Shown here piece by piece: positions 1 to 8,993 of a stretch of 64,000 nucleotides of DNA (within the stretch, counting starts at the first letter, position 1; each line of letters starts with the position of its first letter). Both the position numbers and the translations under genes were made by a program. A model generated the notes under the pieces. The model was not told the origin of the DNA. It made no database searches and worked only from the letters and a program-made list of their open reading frames with translations. The stretch lies in the NCBI GenBank assembly GCA_963810095.1, contig CAWEMM010000006.1, forward strand, positions 576,001 to 640,000. Direction: 5' to 3'. Source of the stretch: an uncultured Chloroflexia bacterium. GTDB taxonomy: Bacteria; Chloroflexota; Anaerolineae; CG2-30-64-16.

Positions 1-489
1 CGCCCGGCCGTTGCGGACAACGGTGCCGACAGGCTCCTGCATCCACGAGTTGGCAATGAGAATCCACAGCGCCGAGATGTTCGAGCCGATGGCGACGAGC
101 CAGATAGTCAGCAGGTGCACCTTTTGGGGCAGCCGGTTCCAGCCGAACAGCCACATGCCGATGAAGGTCGACTCGAGGAAGAAGGCGAGCAGCGCCTCGA
201 TCGCGAGCGGGGCGCCGAAGACGTCGCCGACGAAGCGCGAGTACTCCGACCAGTTCATGCCGAACTGGAACTCCTGCACGATGCCAGTGGCAACGCCAAT
301 CGCAAAGTTGATCAGGAAGAGCTTGCCCCAGAACTTGGTCATCCGTTTCCAGGTCTCATCCTTCGTGACGACCCACAGGGTCTGCATGATGGCGACGAGC
401 ACGGACAGGCCCAACGTCAGGGGCACGAAGAAGAAGTGATAGACGGTGGTGATTGCGAATTGCCAACGGGCCAGGATCAATGGGTCCAT
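1..489 (-). CDS. cydA: Cytochrome bd ubiquinol oxidase subunit I, 5' part (runs off window start)
   Basis: Manual minus-strand translation from ATG at 489: [27 protein letters not shown]...[58 protein letters not shown], typical CydA N-terminus. Absent from the ORF track. Confidence 0.95.
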   Translation of the reverse strand, partial: MDPLILARWQFAITTVYHFFFVPLTLGLSVLVAIMQTLWVVTKDETWKRMTKFWGKLFLINFAIGVATGIVQEFQFGMNWSEYSRFVGDVFGAPLAIEALLAFFLESTFIGMWLFGWNRLPQKVHLLTIWLVAIGSNISALWILIANSWMQEPVGTVVRNGRA

Positions 490-905
490 GGACTTTCCTC
501 CTTCTTGCCAGCCAATTGATCGAATGTGATTTCTTGCAGATGCGTGCGGATAATGTCTCGTGCGTGCACCCAAGCGACATGGACGTTGCATGCGGGAACG
601 AGCGGGCAGATGCCGGGCTCGACGACGCACTGGTTCAGCGCCAGTGGACCTTCCATCGCCTCAACCACCTCGAGCAGCGATATCTCGCTGGCCGGCCGCG
701 CCAGGGAGATGCCGCCCTCGCTGCCCCGCGTCGTCACTACCAGGTTGGCTGCGGCGAGGCGCGTGACCACCCGACGCACCAGGGCCCGGGGAATGAGGCG
801 CTGCTGTGCGATCTGCTGTGCGGTTGCGCGCGCCCCCGCATCCTGTAGGCTGAGGTGGAGCAGCACGCGTGCAGCGTAGTCGGTCTCGCGGCTGATCGTG
901 ATCAT
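477..905 (-). CDS. Rrf2-family transcriptional regulator with Fe-S ligand motif
   Basis: [18 protein letters not shown]...[29 protein letters not shown]...[17 protein letters not shown]; start taken at ATG 905 inside ORF 477..1103. Confidence 0.92.
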   Translation of the reverse strand: MITISRETDYAARVLLHLSLQDAGARATAQQIAQQRLIPRALVRRVVTRLAAANLVVTTRGSEGGISLARPASEISLLEVVEAMEGPLALNQCVVEPGICPLVPACNVHVAWVHARDIIRTHLQEITFDQLAGKKEESPWTH

Positions 906-966
906 CGAATATGGCTCGGCCCATGAGGAACGTGGGCCACGGGACGAATGAGACGGGACAGGTCTC

Positions 967-1005
967 ATTATACCAGGCTTCACGAGCTTGTCAATAGTTT
1001 CACAA
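967..1005 (-). promoter_or_regulatory. Sigma70 promoter of rrf2-cydA overlapped by a Rex-like operator
   Basis: Minus strand TTGACA (994-989), 16 nt, TATAAT (972-967) with extended -10 TG; plus strand 988-1005 TTGTCAATAGTTTCACAA is one mismatch from Rex consensus TTGTGAA-N4-TTCACAA. Confidence 0.8.
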
Positions 1006-1030
1006 GCTTTAACCTTAAAGTTTGCGCGCC

Positions 1031-1085
1031 AAAAAAAGACCCCCGAGTTTGCGCCCCACTGCAGGGCGGGCAACCTCGGGGGTCT
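1031..1085 (-). terminator. Intrinsic terminator downstream of the 1287..1634 gene
   Basis: Stem AGACCCCCGAG/CTCGGGGGTCT followed by a T run on the minus strand. Confidence 0.7.
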
Positions 1086-1160
1086 GGGGCTGGCTGGCTC
1101 CACACCCTTTCCACTTTGCGATCAGACCTTCACCCCGCGCCGCTGGACAACGAGGGATGA

Positions 1161-1255
1161 AATAGGACACTGATCGAACGGATCGGACTGATTATCACGA
1201 TCTTTACCCAAGGGACGGAGCAGATCAGTTCAATCAGTTGCATCAGCGTCCCATT
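1161..1255. repeat. Imperfect palindromic intergenic REP-like element
   Basis: Arms AATAGGACACTGAT... / ...ATCAGCGTCCCATT with internal CTGAT/ATCAG iterations; similar half element near 19991-20023. Confidence 0.45.
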
Positions 1256-1286
1256 GAGATCTGTTCAGGCCGCCGGCGCCGCGTCG

Positions 1287-1634
1287 CTATCGCTCGTATT
1301 TCGACTGTTCGATTTGCCGCCGCAGGGCCTCATCCGCCGAAACGGGCGCGGAAGCGGACTCCTGCCGTGCCTGCTGGGGCGCCTGCGCCCGCTCGATCTC
1401 GGCCGGTGACGCAGCCGGCAGAACAGCCCATGCCCCGCAATGCGGACACTTGACCAACTTGCCGGTCATCAGGTTAAGCCCGAAGAACGAGCGGGGGAAC
1501 GCCTGCCCGCACTTCCGGCAAATGGCCATGCCTGCGGTCGGGCCTTTGCCCCGCCCCACCAGTGCCAATTGCGAAATAACGATGAAGACGACCACGACCG
1601 CGAGTATTAAGACAACGCTAGCCTGTTCAGACAT
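1287..1634 (-). CDS. Small membrane-anchored zinc-ribbon protein, function unknown
   Basis: N-terminal TM helix; CRKC...CPHC pair; charged C-terminal helix. Confidence 0.75.
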   Translation of the reverse strand: MSEQASVVLILAVVVVFIVISQLALVGRGKGPTAGMAICRKCGQAFPRSFFGLNLMTGKLVKCPHCGAWAVLPAASPAEIERAQAPQQARQESASAPVSADEALRRQIEQSKYER

Positions 1635-1716
1635 TCCTACCCCCTAACCATCGTCACGCTCTCCCGAGCGTGATCTGCTATTCATATAATACGACGCGGG
1701 CGGACGGCGGTTGCAC

Positions 1717-1754
1717 GAAACAAAACGGGACCGCGTTACCTGCACGCGGTCCCG
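1717..1754 (-). terminator. Intrinsic terminator of the act operon
   Basis: CGGGACCGCGT/ACGCGGTCCCG stem then TTTTGTTTC on the minus strand, just after the stop at 1782. Confidence 0.8.
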
Positions 1755-1781
1755 GTCTTATCGGCTCACGCTAGCGCGAGC

Positions 1782-2477
1782 TCACTTGCTGGCGGGTTTG
1801 TACCCGAACGTGCGAACGTACTCCACCGCAGCCCAGCGATCCTCGGCGCTCAGGCGGTCCTGGTGTGCCGGCATAATGCCCTTGCCTGCGCTCACCGACT
1901 GATAGTACTGCTGTGCCGGGTGCTGCGGGATGAAATCCGCCGTAAACTTGCGCGCCTGAGGGATGGCCCCCTGGCCGTTCGCAGCATGGCAGTTCACGCA
2001 GCCCGCCGTCTCGAAGACCGTCTTGCCCTGGGCGATTTCCGCCGCGGGCACGGCGAAACTCCACAGCGCCCACGTCGCGTTCCAGCGCTGCTCGTCGGTC
2101 AACTTATCCTTGAAGGCCGGCATGTCGCCTTTACCGTTCGTGACCACCGCGAAGAAATCCTGCGGCGCAGCCCCGTGCATGTAGTCGACGTCCGTGAAGT
2201 CGCGCGAGCCCTGGACCTTGCCCTTGCCGTCGGCCCCGTGGCAGCCGGCACACTGCTCGGCGTAGACTGCCAGGCCGGCCACCGCGTCGGGCGGGGTCGT
2301 GGGCAGCACCACGCCGGGCTGCGGGGTGTTCTGAGCGCCGGGCGGCGGTTCGGTCGCCGGGATCAGCGTCGGAATCGGCGTCGGCGCCGGCTCGGGCAAG
2401 GGCGGCGGATGGCTGCACGCTGCCAACGCCAGGCTCAATAAGATCACGCAGAGGGACAGCAGGATCTTTGTCTTCAT
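1782..2477 (-). CDS. Diheme cytochrome c lipoprotein
   Basis: Lipobox LAAC, Pro-rich linker, two class I cytochrome c domains (CAGCH...MPAF; CVNCH...MPAH). Confidence 0.9.
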   Translation of the reverse strand: MKTKILLSLCVILLSLALAACSHPPPLPEPAPTPIPTLIPATEPPPGAQNTPQPGVVLPTTPPDAVAGLAVYAEQCAGCHGADGKGKVQGSRDFTDVDYMHGAAPQDFFAVVTNGKGDMPAFKDKLTDEQRWNATWALWSFAVPAAEIAQGKTVFETAGCVNCHAANGQGAIPQARKFTADFIPQHPAQQYYQSVSAGKGIMPAHQDRLSAEDRWAAVEYVRTFGYKPASK

Positions 2478-2520
2478 AAACTCTTCCTCTCCGTTGGCCA
2501 GCGCCCGCGAACAAGCGGGT

Positions 2521-3042
2521 TCACTGGCTGAGTGTCTTCACATAGTTAACGGTGTCCCAGCGCTCGCGCACGTCGAGGTTCTCCCGCAGGGGCGGCATCG
2601 CGCCATAACCGTTCGAAATCGTGATGTAGACCGTACCGTCCGACATCGTCTTCATGCGCGGATCGGACAGGTTCGCAGGCTTGCGCATCTGCGCGTTCCA
2701 GAACTGCGTGATCGGCCCGTCGCCCTGGCCCCGCGGGCCATGACACAGCGCACAATTCCGCTCGTAGAGGTGCCGGCCGCGATCCAACGAGACGGGGTCG
2801 GCCGTCACGGGGTTGTCGGGGATGCCGCTCGCCGGCCAGCTTGGCCCGTTGACCTTGATCGTCTCGCTGGGCGCCCACTTACGCGGGCCCTGTTGGTAGT
2901 CGACCGAGATCTGAAACTTCATGTTGCTGGCCCACTGGAACTTGATGACGTCGTACGTGAACAACAGGCCGATCAGGAGCGGCACGGTGACGATCACGAG
3001 CGTCAGGATCACGCGGCGCAGGTAACCTTTGGGTGGGATCAT
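2521..3042 (-). CDS. Membrane-anchored monoheme cytochrome c, ActE-like
   Basis: MIPPKGYL start at 3042; TM helix; GRHLYERNCALCHGPRGQGDG...GYGAMP...ERWDTVNYV; directly follows ActD. Confidence 0.85.
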   Translation of the reverse strand: MIPPKGYLRRVILTLVIVTVPLLIGLLFTYDVIKFQWASNMKFQISVDYQQGPRKWAPSETIKVNGPSWPASGIPDNPVTADPVSLDRGRHLYERNCALCHGPRGQGDGPITQFWNAQMRKPANLSDPRMKTMSDGTVYITISNGYGAMPPLRENLDVRERWDTVNYVKTLSQ

Positions 3043-3566
3043 AGCGGCCTCCGCTCCGGCTCGTAGATGCGTTCCGCGCCTTTTTCGGCCAGCACCCGGC
3101 GCACATCTTCCTCGTAGCGCATGTCCACGTTGGCCATGACGGCGATGCGGCCTTCGTTGACGATGGGATCGTAGTATTGGACCCGGGTCGACGGGAAGCC
3201 GCACTTCCACAAGAAGTTCAGGAAGGTGCCGAGGATCAGCCCGAGCATGGTTAGCTCATAGAGCGGGATGACGGAGGTCGGGATGGACGTGTACGGCCGC
3301 CCACCCACCCGGATGGAGTAAAACCACCACTGTGTGCCGTAGGTCAGGAAGAAGCCGATGGCGAACCCGGTGGCCGCGCCGATCAGGCTGGCCCACGGGA
3401 TATTCTCGTGGATGTGGGGCCGCCCCAGCATCTTGGAGGAGTGCGGCACGCCTTGCGAGATTTCGATGTCGTCCTCACGGAGGCCCAGCAGGCGCAGGCC
3501 GTCGATGGCCTCGGCTGCCTTGAGAACATCCGTATAGAGCCCGGTCAGGATGATTTTGCGTGGCAT
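3039..3566 (-). CDS. actD: Alternative complex III subunit ActD (DUF3341-like)
   Basis: Two TM helices; VGGRP...IPLYELTML pattern; follows the NrfD-family gene. Confidence 0.8.
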   Translation of the reverse strand: MPRKIILTGLYTDVLKAAEAIDGLRLLGLREDDIEISQGVPHSSKMLGRPHIHENIPWASLIGAATGFAIGFFLTYGTQWWFYSIRVGGRPYTSIPTSVIPLYELTMLGLILGTFLNFLWKCGFPSTRVQYYDPIVNEGRIAVMANVDMRYEEDVRRVLAEKGAERIYEPERRPL

Positions 3567-3584
3567 GGGTACCTCCGGTCCTTC

Positions 3585-5015
3585 CTATTCCAATTCCGCA
3601 ACGGAGGTGACGACGGTCTTGCCGATCCGGCGTCTGCTGTGGCTCAGCTGGCCTTCGAGCACTTCCCACACGGGAATCAGCGGAATGACCCGGCTGGCCA
3701 GCACGTACAGCAACGAGAACAAGGCTAACGTGCCCACCGCGATGCTGATCTCGACGAACTGGGGGTTATAGTAGCCCCAGTCGAACGGCAGGCGTTGCCG
3801 CTGCAGGAACCCCGGGATGATCAGGTAGCGCTCCATGTACATCCCGACCTGGATGGTCAGCGAGATCAGGAACAGAGCAATGGGCGAGCGCCGCACCCGC
3901 GCGCTCCAGAGCGTCGACCAGGGCACGACGATGTTGCAGAAAAGCATCAGGTACCAGAGCGGCGCGATGGCGCCGCGCGCCTGGAAAGTGAGCAGTTGGT
4001 GGCCCACCCACTCGCCGCCATACCACTCGACCAGGTAGTCGTTGAAGAAGAAGTACGCCCAGGAAATGGAGAAGATCAGAACTAACTTTGCCAGCGCGTC
4101 AAAGTGCTCCTGCCTCAGGAAGTACTGCAGCTTCATCGTTTTACGGACGACCAGCAGCACCGCAATGACGGCGGAGACGCCCGAGAAGATGGCGCCGACG
4201 ACGAAATAGGGGCCGAAGATGCTCGATCGCCACCCCACCTGCTTCGCCATCGCAAAGTCCCAAGACACGATCGTGTGCACCGAGAACATGATCGGGATGA
4301 TCGCAAAGGCGAACAGGTTGATCGTCTTGTGCAGATAGTGCCACTCGTATTCCATTCCGCGCCAGCCCAGCGACGCCAGCTTGTACACCGTGCGACGCCA
4401 GCCCTTGACCCGGTCGCGGGCCATGGCCAGGTCGGGAATCATGGGCAGGTAGACGTAGATGGTCGACCCGATCAGATACGTCGTAATAGCCAGCATGTCC
4501 CACGCGAGCGGCGACTGGAAGTTGGCCCAGAGGTAGCGCTGGTTCGGGATGGGCACCATGTAATAGACGGTCCACGCCCGGCCGAGGTGAATGACCGGGA
4601 ACAGAAAACCGCAGACCAGCGAGAACGACGTCATCAACTCCGCGGCGCGTGTGATGGGGCGGCGGAACTCGGCGTTGAACACCCGCAGGATCGCGGAGAT
4701 GAACGTGCCCGAGTGGCTGATGCCGATCCAGAACACGAAGGTGGCGATGAACACGCCCCACCCCACCGGGCGCCGGATGCCCGCCAGGCCCATCCCGTTC
4801 AGGACCATGTAGAGCCACGTGCCGAAGAGGCCGAAAATCACGATCAGGGCCAGCACGACGACGAGCAACCAGTACCCGGGGCTGGCCTTGAGCATCGGCC
4901 GCAGCACCATCTGGTTCATCTCTTCCTGCGGGATCGGGTCCAGCAGGAGCCGCTCTTTGGGATCGTCGTTGTGCGGCCAGGCGAAGTTCTTCAGCCGGGA
5001 GAGGTCACCCTGCAT
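3585..5015 (-). CDS. actC: NrfD/PsrC-family quinol-binding membrane subunit ActC
   Basis: WGVFIATFVFWIGISHSGTFISAIL, RRPITRAAELMT, HLGRAW, SPLAWD, SVHTIVSWDFA motifs. Confidence 0.93.
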   Translation of the reverse strand: MQGDLSRLKNFAWPHNDDPKERLLLDPIPQEEMNQMVLRPMLKASPGYWLLVVVLALIVIFGLFGTWLYMVLNGMGLAGIRRPVGWGVFIATFVFWIGISHSGTFISAILRVFNAEFRRPITRAAELMTSFSLVCGFLFPVIHLGRAWTVYYMVPIPNQRYLWANFQSPLAWDMLAITTYLIGSTIYVYLPMIPDLAMARDRVKGWRRTVYKLASLGWRGMEYEWHYLHKTINLFAFAIIPIMFSVHTIVSWDFAMAKQVGWRSSIFGPYFVVGAIFSGVSAVIAVLLVVRKTMKLQYFLRQEHFDALAKLVLIFSISWAYFFFNDYLVEWYGGEWVGHQLLTFQARGAIAPLWYLMLFCNIVVPWSTLWSARVRRSPIALFLISLTIQVGMYMERYLIIPGFLQRQRLPFDWGYYNPQFVEISIAVGTLALFSLLYVLASRVIPLIPVWEVLEGQLSHSRRRIGKTVVTSVAELE

Positions 5016-5724
5016 TGGACTGTCCTCCCTTCAGGTAGATCACCGCGGGGAAAGTGCCCTGCTCTTCGAGGACGGTGAAACTGCGCCGGCTGCGCGCCAG
5101 CTGGCCCACCGGGCTCTCGGGGTTGTTCATGTCGCCGAAGGTAAACACGCTCGTGGGGCAGGCCTGGGCGCAGGCAGGCACGACTGCGTCCGCCTCCAGC
5201 GGCTCGCCTTGCTGCTTGGCGGTCAGCTCGGCCCGCTTGATGCGCTGGATGCAGAAGGTGCACTTCTCCATGACGCCCCGGTAGCGCACGGTGACGTCCG
5301 GGTTGAGTTGCTGTTCGAGCGGCGCCGGAAACCAGGGATCGAACCAGTTGAACATGCGGACCGAATACGGGCAGTTGTTGGCGCAATAGCGGGTGCCGAT
5401 GCACCGGTTGTAAATCTGCCCATTAATGCCTTCCTCGTCGCTGTGATAGGCGGCGAAGACCGGGCACACCGGCTCGCATGGGGCGTGCGCGCACTGCTGG
5501 CAGAACATGGGGAGGTAACGCGCTTTGATGTCGGGGAACTCGCCGTCCCAGTAGCGCTCGATGCGGATCCAGTGCCGCGAGCGGCCGGTCGCCACCTCAC
5601 TGGGGCCGACTGAAGGCACGTTGTTTTCGGCATGGCAGGCGACGACGCACGCCTGGCAGCCGGTGCACCGGTCCAGGTCGACGATCATGGTCCACTTGTG
5701 GCTGCCTTTGACTTCCTCACTCAT
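5005..5724 (-). CDS. Multi-Fe-S subunit (ActB2/QrcC/NrfC-like)
   Basis: CTGCQACVVAC, CQQCAHAPCEPVCP, CIGTRYCANNCPY, RGVMEKCTFC...PACAQACP. Confidence 0.93.
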   Translation of the reverse strand: MSEEVKGSHKWTMIVDLDRCTGCQACVVACHAENNVPSVGPSEVATGRSRHWIRIERYWDGEFPDIKARYLPMFCQQCAHAPCEPVCPVFAAYHSDEEGINGQIYNRCIGTRYCANNCPYSVRMFNWFDPWFPAPLEQQLNPDVTVRYRGVMEKCTFCIQRIKRAELTAKQQGEPLEADAVVPACAQACPTSVFTFGDMNNPESPVGQLARSRRSFTVLEEQGTFPAVIYLKGGQSNAG

Positions 5725-5738
5725 AACGCACTCCTATT

Positions 5739-8021
5739 TCAGCCCGGGAAGATGCCGTCTTCGTTGGCAGCGTCGACGCCGACGTTGTTCTCGATGCGCG
5801 GCAGCGTCCGGGTGCGCCCCAGCTTCTCGATGCGGACGCGGGTGGCGCCCCAGGCCAGCTCACCATCTTGCGTGGTGGCGGGGGCCAGGATCGCCGTCAC
5901 GTTCGTGCCGCGATTCTTCGCGAAGCGGCCAAACTCGATGTGGCCTTCGCCCATGGGCACCCCGACCACGTCGGGGCGGATGGCAGGATAGACGTAGGCA
6001 ATGGCGGTGATTTCTCCGTAGGGCGAGATCACCTTGACCACGTCGTCCATGGCGATGCCCATCTCCTGAGCGGCCGTGGGGTTGATCTGCACCCAGGTCT
6101 CCCAAGACGCGGTCGTCATCGGATCGGGCGCCTCCTGCAGCCACGACGATGCGGCCCCGCGGCCGTTGCCCATCGTGACCGATGGGAAGGCGTATAGATA
6201 AAACGGGTACTGCTCGGGGTTCCCTTCGTATGAGGCCGGCGGCACGACGGCCCCACCGGGCAAAGAAGGAGCGGCGCTGGGATAGACCGGCGCCTCCACT
6301 GTGGGCCACCAGCCGCCGACCTGGCGCCAGCCGGCCCAGATCTTGTCGCCGTTCGCCGTGTCGTACAGTGCGCTCTGGCCCGCCAACTTCGTCACCGCGG
6401 CCTTGAGGTATTCGACGGTGTTCTTGTAGGGCAGGGCCGTGGCCGCGGGGCCGCCGATGGCCTGGGCGAGCGCCAGGATCACGTCGGGCGTGGCGCGGGT
6501 GTCGTACAGCGGCTGCACCACCGGCTGGAGACCGGTCACCATGGGCCTGTCCGTGGCGGGGTTGACCGCTTGGAAGCCCCAGCTTTCGAGGTAGTTGTGA
6601 TCCGGCAGGATCAGATCGGAGAGGATACTCGTCTCGTCGGGCTCGGAGCTGAACGACACCACGAACGGGACCTTGCCGACGGCCTCGACGAACTTCGTCG
6701 CAATGGGCAGCTCGTGACGGGGATTACCCTGGACCATGAGCACATCCACGCCGCCGGTGTTCATCCGATCGATCAGCGCCTGCACGTCGGCGTAGGAAGC
6801 GACGGCGGTGGGAGCCAGCATGGGGTCTGCGGCGGGCGGCGTCAGCGTGAACGCGCTGCCTTCGGGACCCAGGTGACCGGCCAGCGCGTTGAGCGCCAGG
6901 ATGGCCGTGACAGCAGCGGGCCCGTTGGTTTGGCCCGCCACGGTGCCGCCCGGCACAGCCGTAGAGTCTGGCGTTCCGCCAAACTTCTGCGCCAACTCGA
7001 CCAGCCGCTGCGGCGCGATCCCGCTTAGCGATGCGGCGGTGTTCACGTCTCCGGCACTGAAGAACCCGGCGACCGGGCTGGTGGCCGCGTTGCCAATCTT
7101 CTGGTCGACCATGATGCGGCCGATGGCGAGCGCGACGGCCCCCTCGGTGCCGGGCAAGATGGGGATCCACTCGTCGGCAACCGCACCCATGGGCGTCATG
7201 CTGGGCTCAAACTGCACGAAGTAACCCCGCTTGCCGAGCGCCTGGCCGCGCATCTCGCCGAACGAGCGGTTGTAGGCCACGATCGACAAGCCGCCGTCGA
7301 CCAGCGGGCCGCCAAACGAGAAGACCACGCCACTGTCGGAGAGGTGGAAGAACGGGGTCGACCCGGCCGCGCCCCCGGCCGCCGGCTGTCCGAAATACTG
7401 GTCAACCAGCTTCGTCAAGGTCTGGCGGCCCGCATAGGCGTTCTCGGTGTCGTAAAACACCGGCGCAGGCGAGCCGAGCGCCTGCAGGAACGGCGCCATT
7501 ACCGCGGAGAGCATGTCGTTGATGTCGCTGCCGTAGAACGCGATCGAGCCGGGCCGGGCGCTCTTGATCCGATCTGCAACCTGGTTGAGCGCGTCGGGCC
7601 ACGGAATCGCCGTGGCCTTCAGACCGTAGCGCTGGCCGAACGGGTCTACCGACCCGCCGCCCGAGCCGCGCGCCTCATTGCGCAGTGCGTTCTGGAAGCG
7701 GTCGGGGTTGTACAGGTATTGCAGCCCGGACTGCCCCCGCGCACAGCTCTTGCCGGCGTTGAGGGGATGCTCGGGGTTGCCTTCAATCTTGTGGGCCCGG
7801 CCGTTCGCGTTACGGACGACGATGCCGCAGCCCGCCGAGCACATGCGGCAGCCGCTGGCGTACCACACGTTGTCGCCGGGCAGGGCTTCCTCTGGCGGGA
7901 CCACGAAGGGCACGAGGAACTCACTCTGTTCGAGGTTGATCGTACAACCGCTGACTGCCACCATCGTGCCGGTTAACGCACCCAGTTGGAAAAACTTTCG
8001 CCGGGAGATTCGTTTGGTCAT
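5739..8021 (-). CDS. Tat-exported molybdopterin-oxidoreductase-fold subunit (ActB1/QrcB-like)
   Basis: Start MTKRISRRKFFQ (twin-arginine) with possible lipobox VSGC; CRMCSAGC...KIEGNPEHPLNAGKSCARG; DLILPDHNYLESWG; GNGRGAASSWLQEAPDP. Confidence 0.9.
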   Translation of the reverse strand: MTKRISRRKFFQLGALTGTMVAVSGCTINLEQSEFLVPFVVPPEEALPGDNVWYASGCRMCSAGCGIVVRNANGRAHKIEGNPEHPLNAGKSCARGQSGLQYLYNPDRFQNALRNEARGSGGGSVDPFGQRYGLKATAIPWPDALNQVADRIKSARPGSIAFYGSDINDMLSAVMAPFLQALGSPAPVFYDTENAYAGRQTLTKLVDQYFGQPAAGGAAGSTPFFHLSDSGVVFSFGGPLVDGGLSIVAYNRSFGEMRGQALGKRGYFVQFEPSMTPMGAVADEWIPILPGTEGAVALAIGRIMVDQKIGNAATSPVAGFFSAGDVNTAASLSGIAPQRLVELAQKFGGTPDSTAVPGGTVAGQTNGPAAVTAILALNALAGHLGPEGSAFTLTPPAADPMLAPTAVASYADVQALIDRMNTGGVDVLMVQGNPRHELPIATKFVEAVGKVPFVVSFSSEPDETSILSDLILPDHNYLESWGFQAVNPATDRPMVTGLQPVVQPLYDTRATPDVILALAQAIGGPAATALPYKNTVEYLKAAVTKLAGQSALYDTANGDKIWAGWRQVGGWWPTVEAPVYPSAAPSLPGGAVVPPASYEGNPEQYPFYLYAFPSVTMGNGRGAASSWLQEAPDPMTTASWETWVQINPTAAQEMGIAMDDVVKVISPYGEITAIAYVYPAIRPDVVGVPMGEGHIEFGRFAKNRGTNVTAILAPATTQDGELAWGATRVRIEKLGRTRTLPRIENNVGVDAANEDGIFPG

Positions 8022-8032
8022 GGCGTTACCCT

Positions 8033-8611
8033 TTAGTAGTGGCACGTGACGCAGTCGGTCAAGCGCGTCGCGCGCTCGGCCGGCTGCTGCATGCGATGGC
8101 AAGTGATGCAGAACCCCATGTTCAGGTTGTAGCCGACGGCATAACCCATCTGCGAGACGTTGCCGTGGCAGGTCTCACAGGCGAGCCCGGCTGACAAGTG
8201 GGGGTTGTGCTTGAACTGTACGAAGTCGCCCAACACGGTCACCTTGACCCACTCGATCGGCTTCTTCGCGTCCCAGTAAGCCACGAGTTGATCGATGTCC
8301 TTCTGATCGGCGGGGTCTTTGGGCACTACGTTGGTGTGGCAGCCCATGCACTTGGCCGTGGAAGGCAGCCCGGCAACCCAGCCGCGAGTGGCGCCCGAAT
8401 GACAATACACGCAGGTGGCGCCGGCGGCGACATGTTGGCTGTGTTTGAAGACAAGGGGCTGGGGCGGTGGGGTAAAATAGCGTACTGCCAGGAAAACGCC
8501 GCCGACAACCACCACTCCGATGAGCACCAGAAGAGCGCCTACGGCGGCGGCAAGGCGCGGGTGCTGCCGGATCAATGATAGGATCATACTCACGCTCCAG
8601 TCTGCGATCAT
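8033..8611 (-). CDS. actA: Membrane-anchored pentaheme cytochrome c ActA
   Basis: TM helix and five CxxCH motifs (CVYCH, CMGCH, CETCH, CITCH, CVTCH); start could be 8587. Confidence 0.9.
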   Translation of the reverse strand: MIADWSVSMILSLIRQHPRLAAAVGALLVLIGVVVVGGVFLAVRYFTPPPQPLVFKHSQHVAAGATCVYCHSGATRGWVAGLPSTAKCMGCHTNVVPKDPADQKDIDQLVAYWDAKKPIEWVKVTVLGDFVQFKHNPHLSAGLACETCHGNVSQMGYAVGYNLNMGFCITCHRMQQPAERATRLTDCVTCHY

Positions 8612-8993
8612 GCCTCTGCTTGGGATGCCAAGCGTGGCCTCGGCTCGTATACTCCCAAACAGGAGACGTCATCAGATGTAACCGGCGGTCGGGCGCGTGT
8701 GTGGGGAGCGAACTACGCGGGCGCGCAACCGACATGCGCGCCACAGCACTCCGTTTGAGTAGCTTGTCACAAATGACCCGAACGAACTAAGAGAGCAAGG
8801 CGCAAAGCAGTGACTCTCTCCTTTCGCTATGAGGCTTGCTCGATCTGGCGGGCCGAGCCGGGACAGCCTCACACATACGGGGAACGTAAGGCATTATACA
8901 TTAATGCCGCCGTGTGCAAAATGCGCCAAGTTGTGCAAAAGCACTAGGCGAGGAACGCGCATCTCTGGGCCAGACAGCGCGCGTTGAAAGAAC

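Noticed and set aside
5739-8021. Catalytic polysulfide, nitrate or DMSO reductase
   Set aside because: Operon context is ActA/C/D/E, C-terminal motifs are ActB/QrcB-like, and no clear Mo ligand was seen
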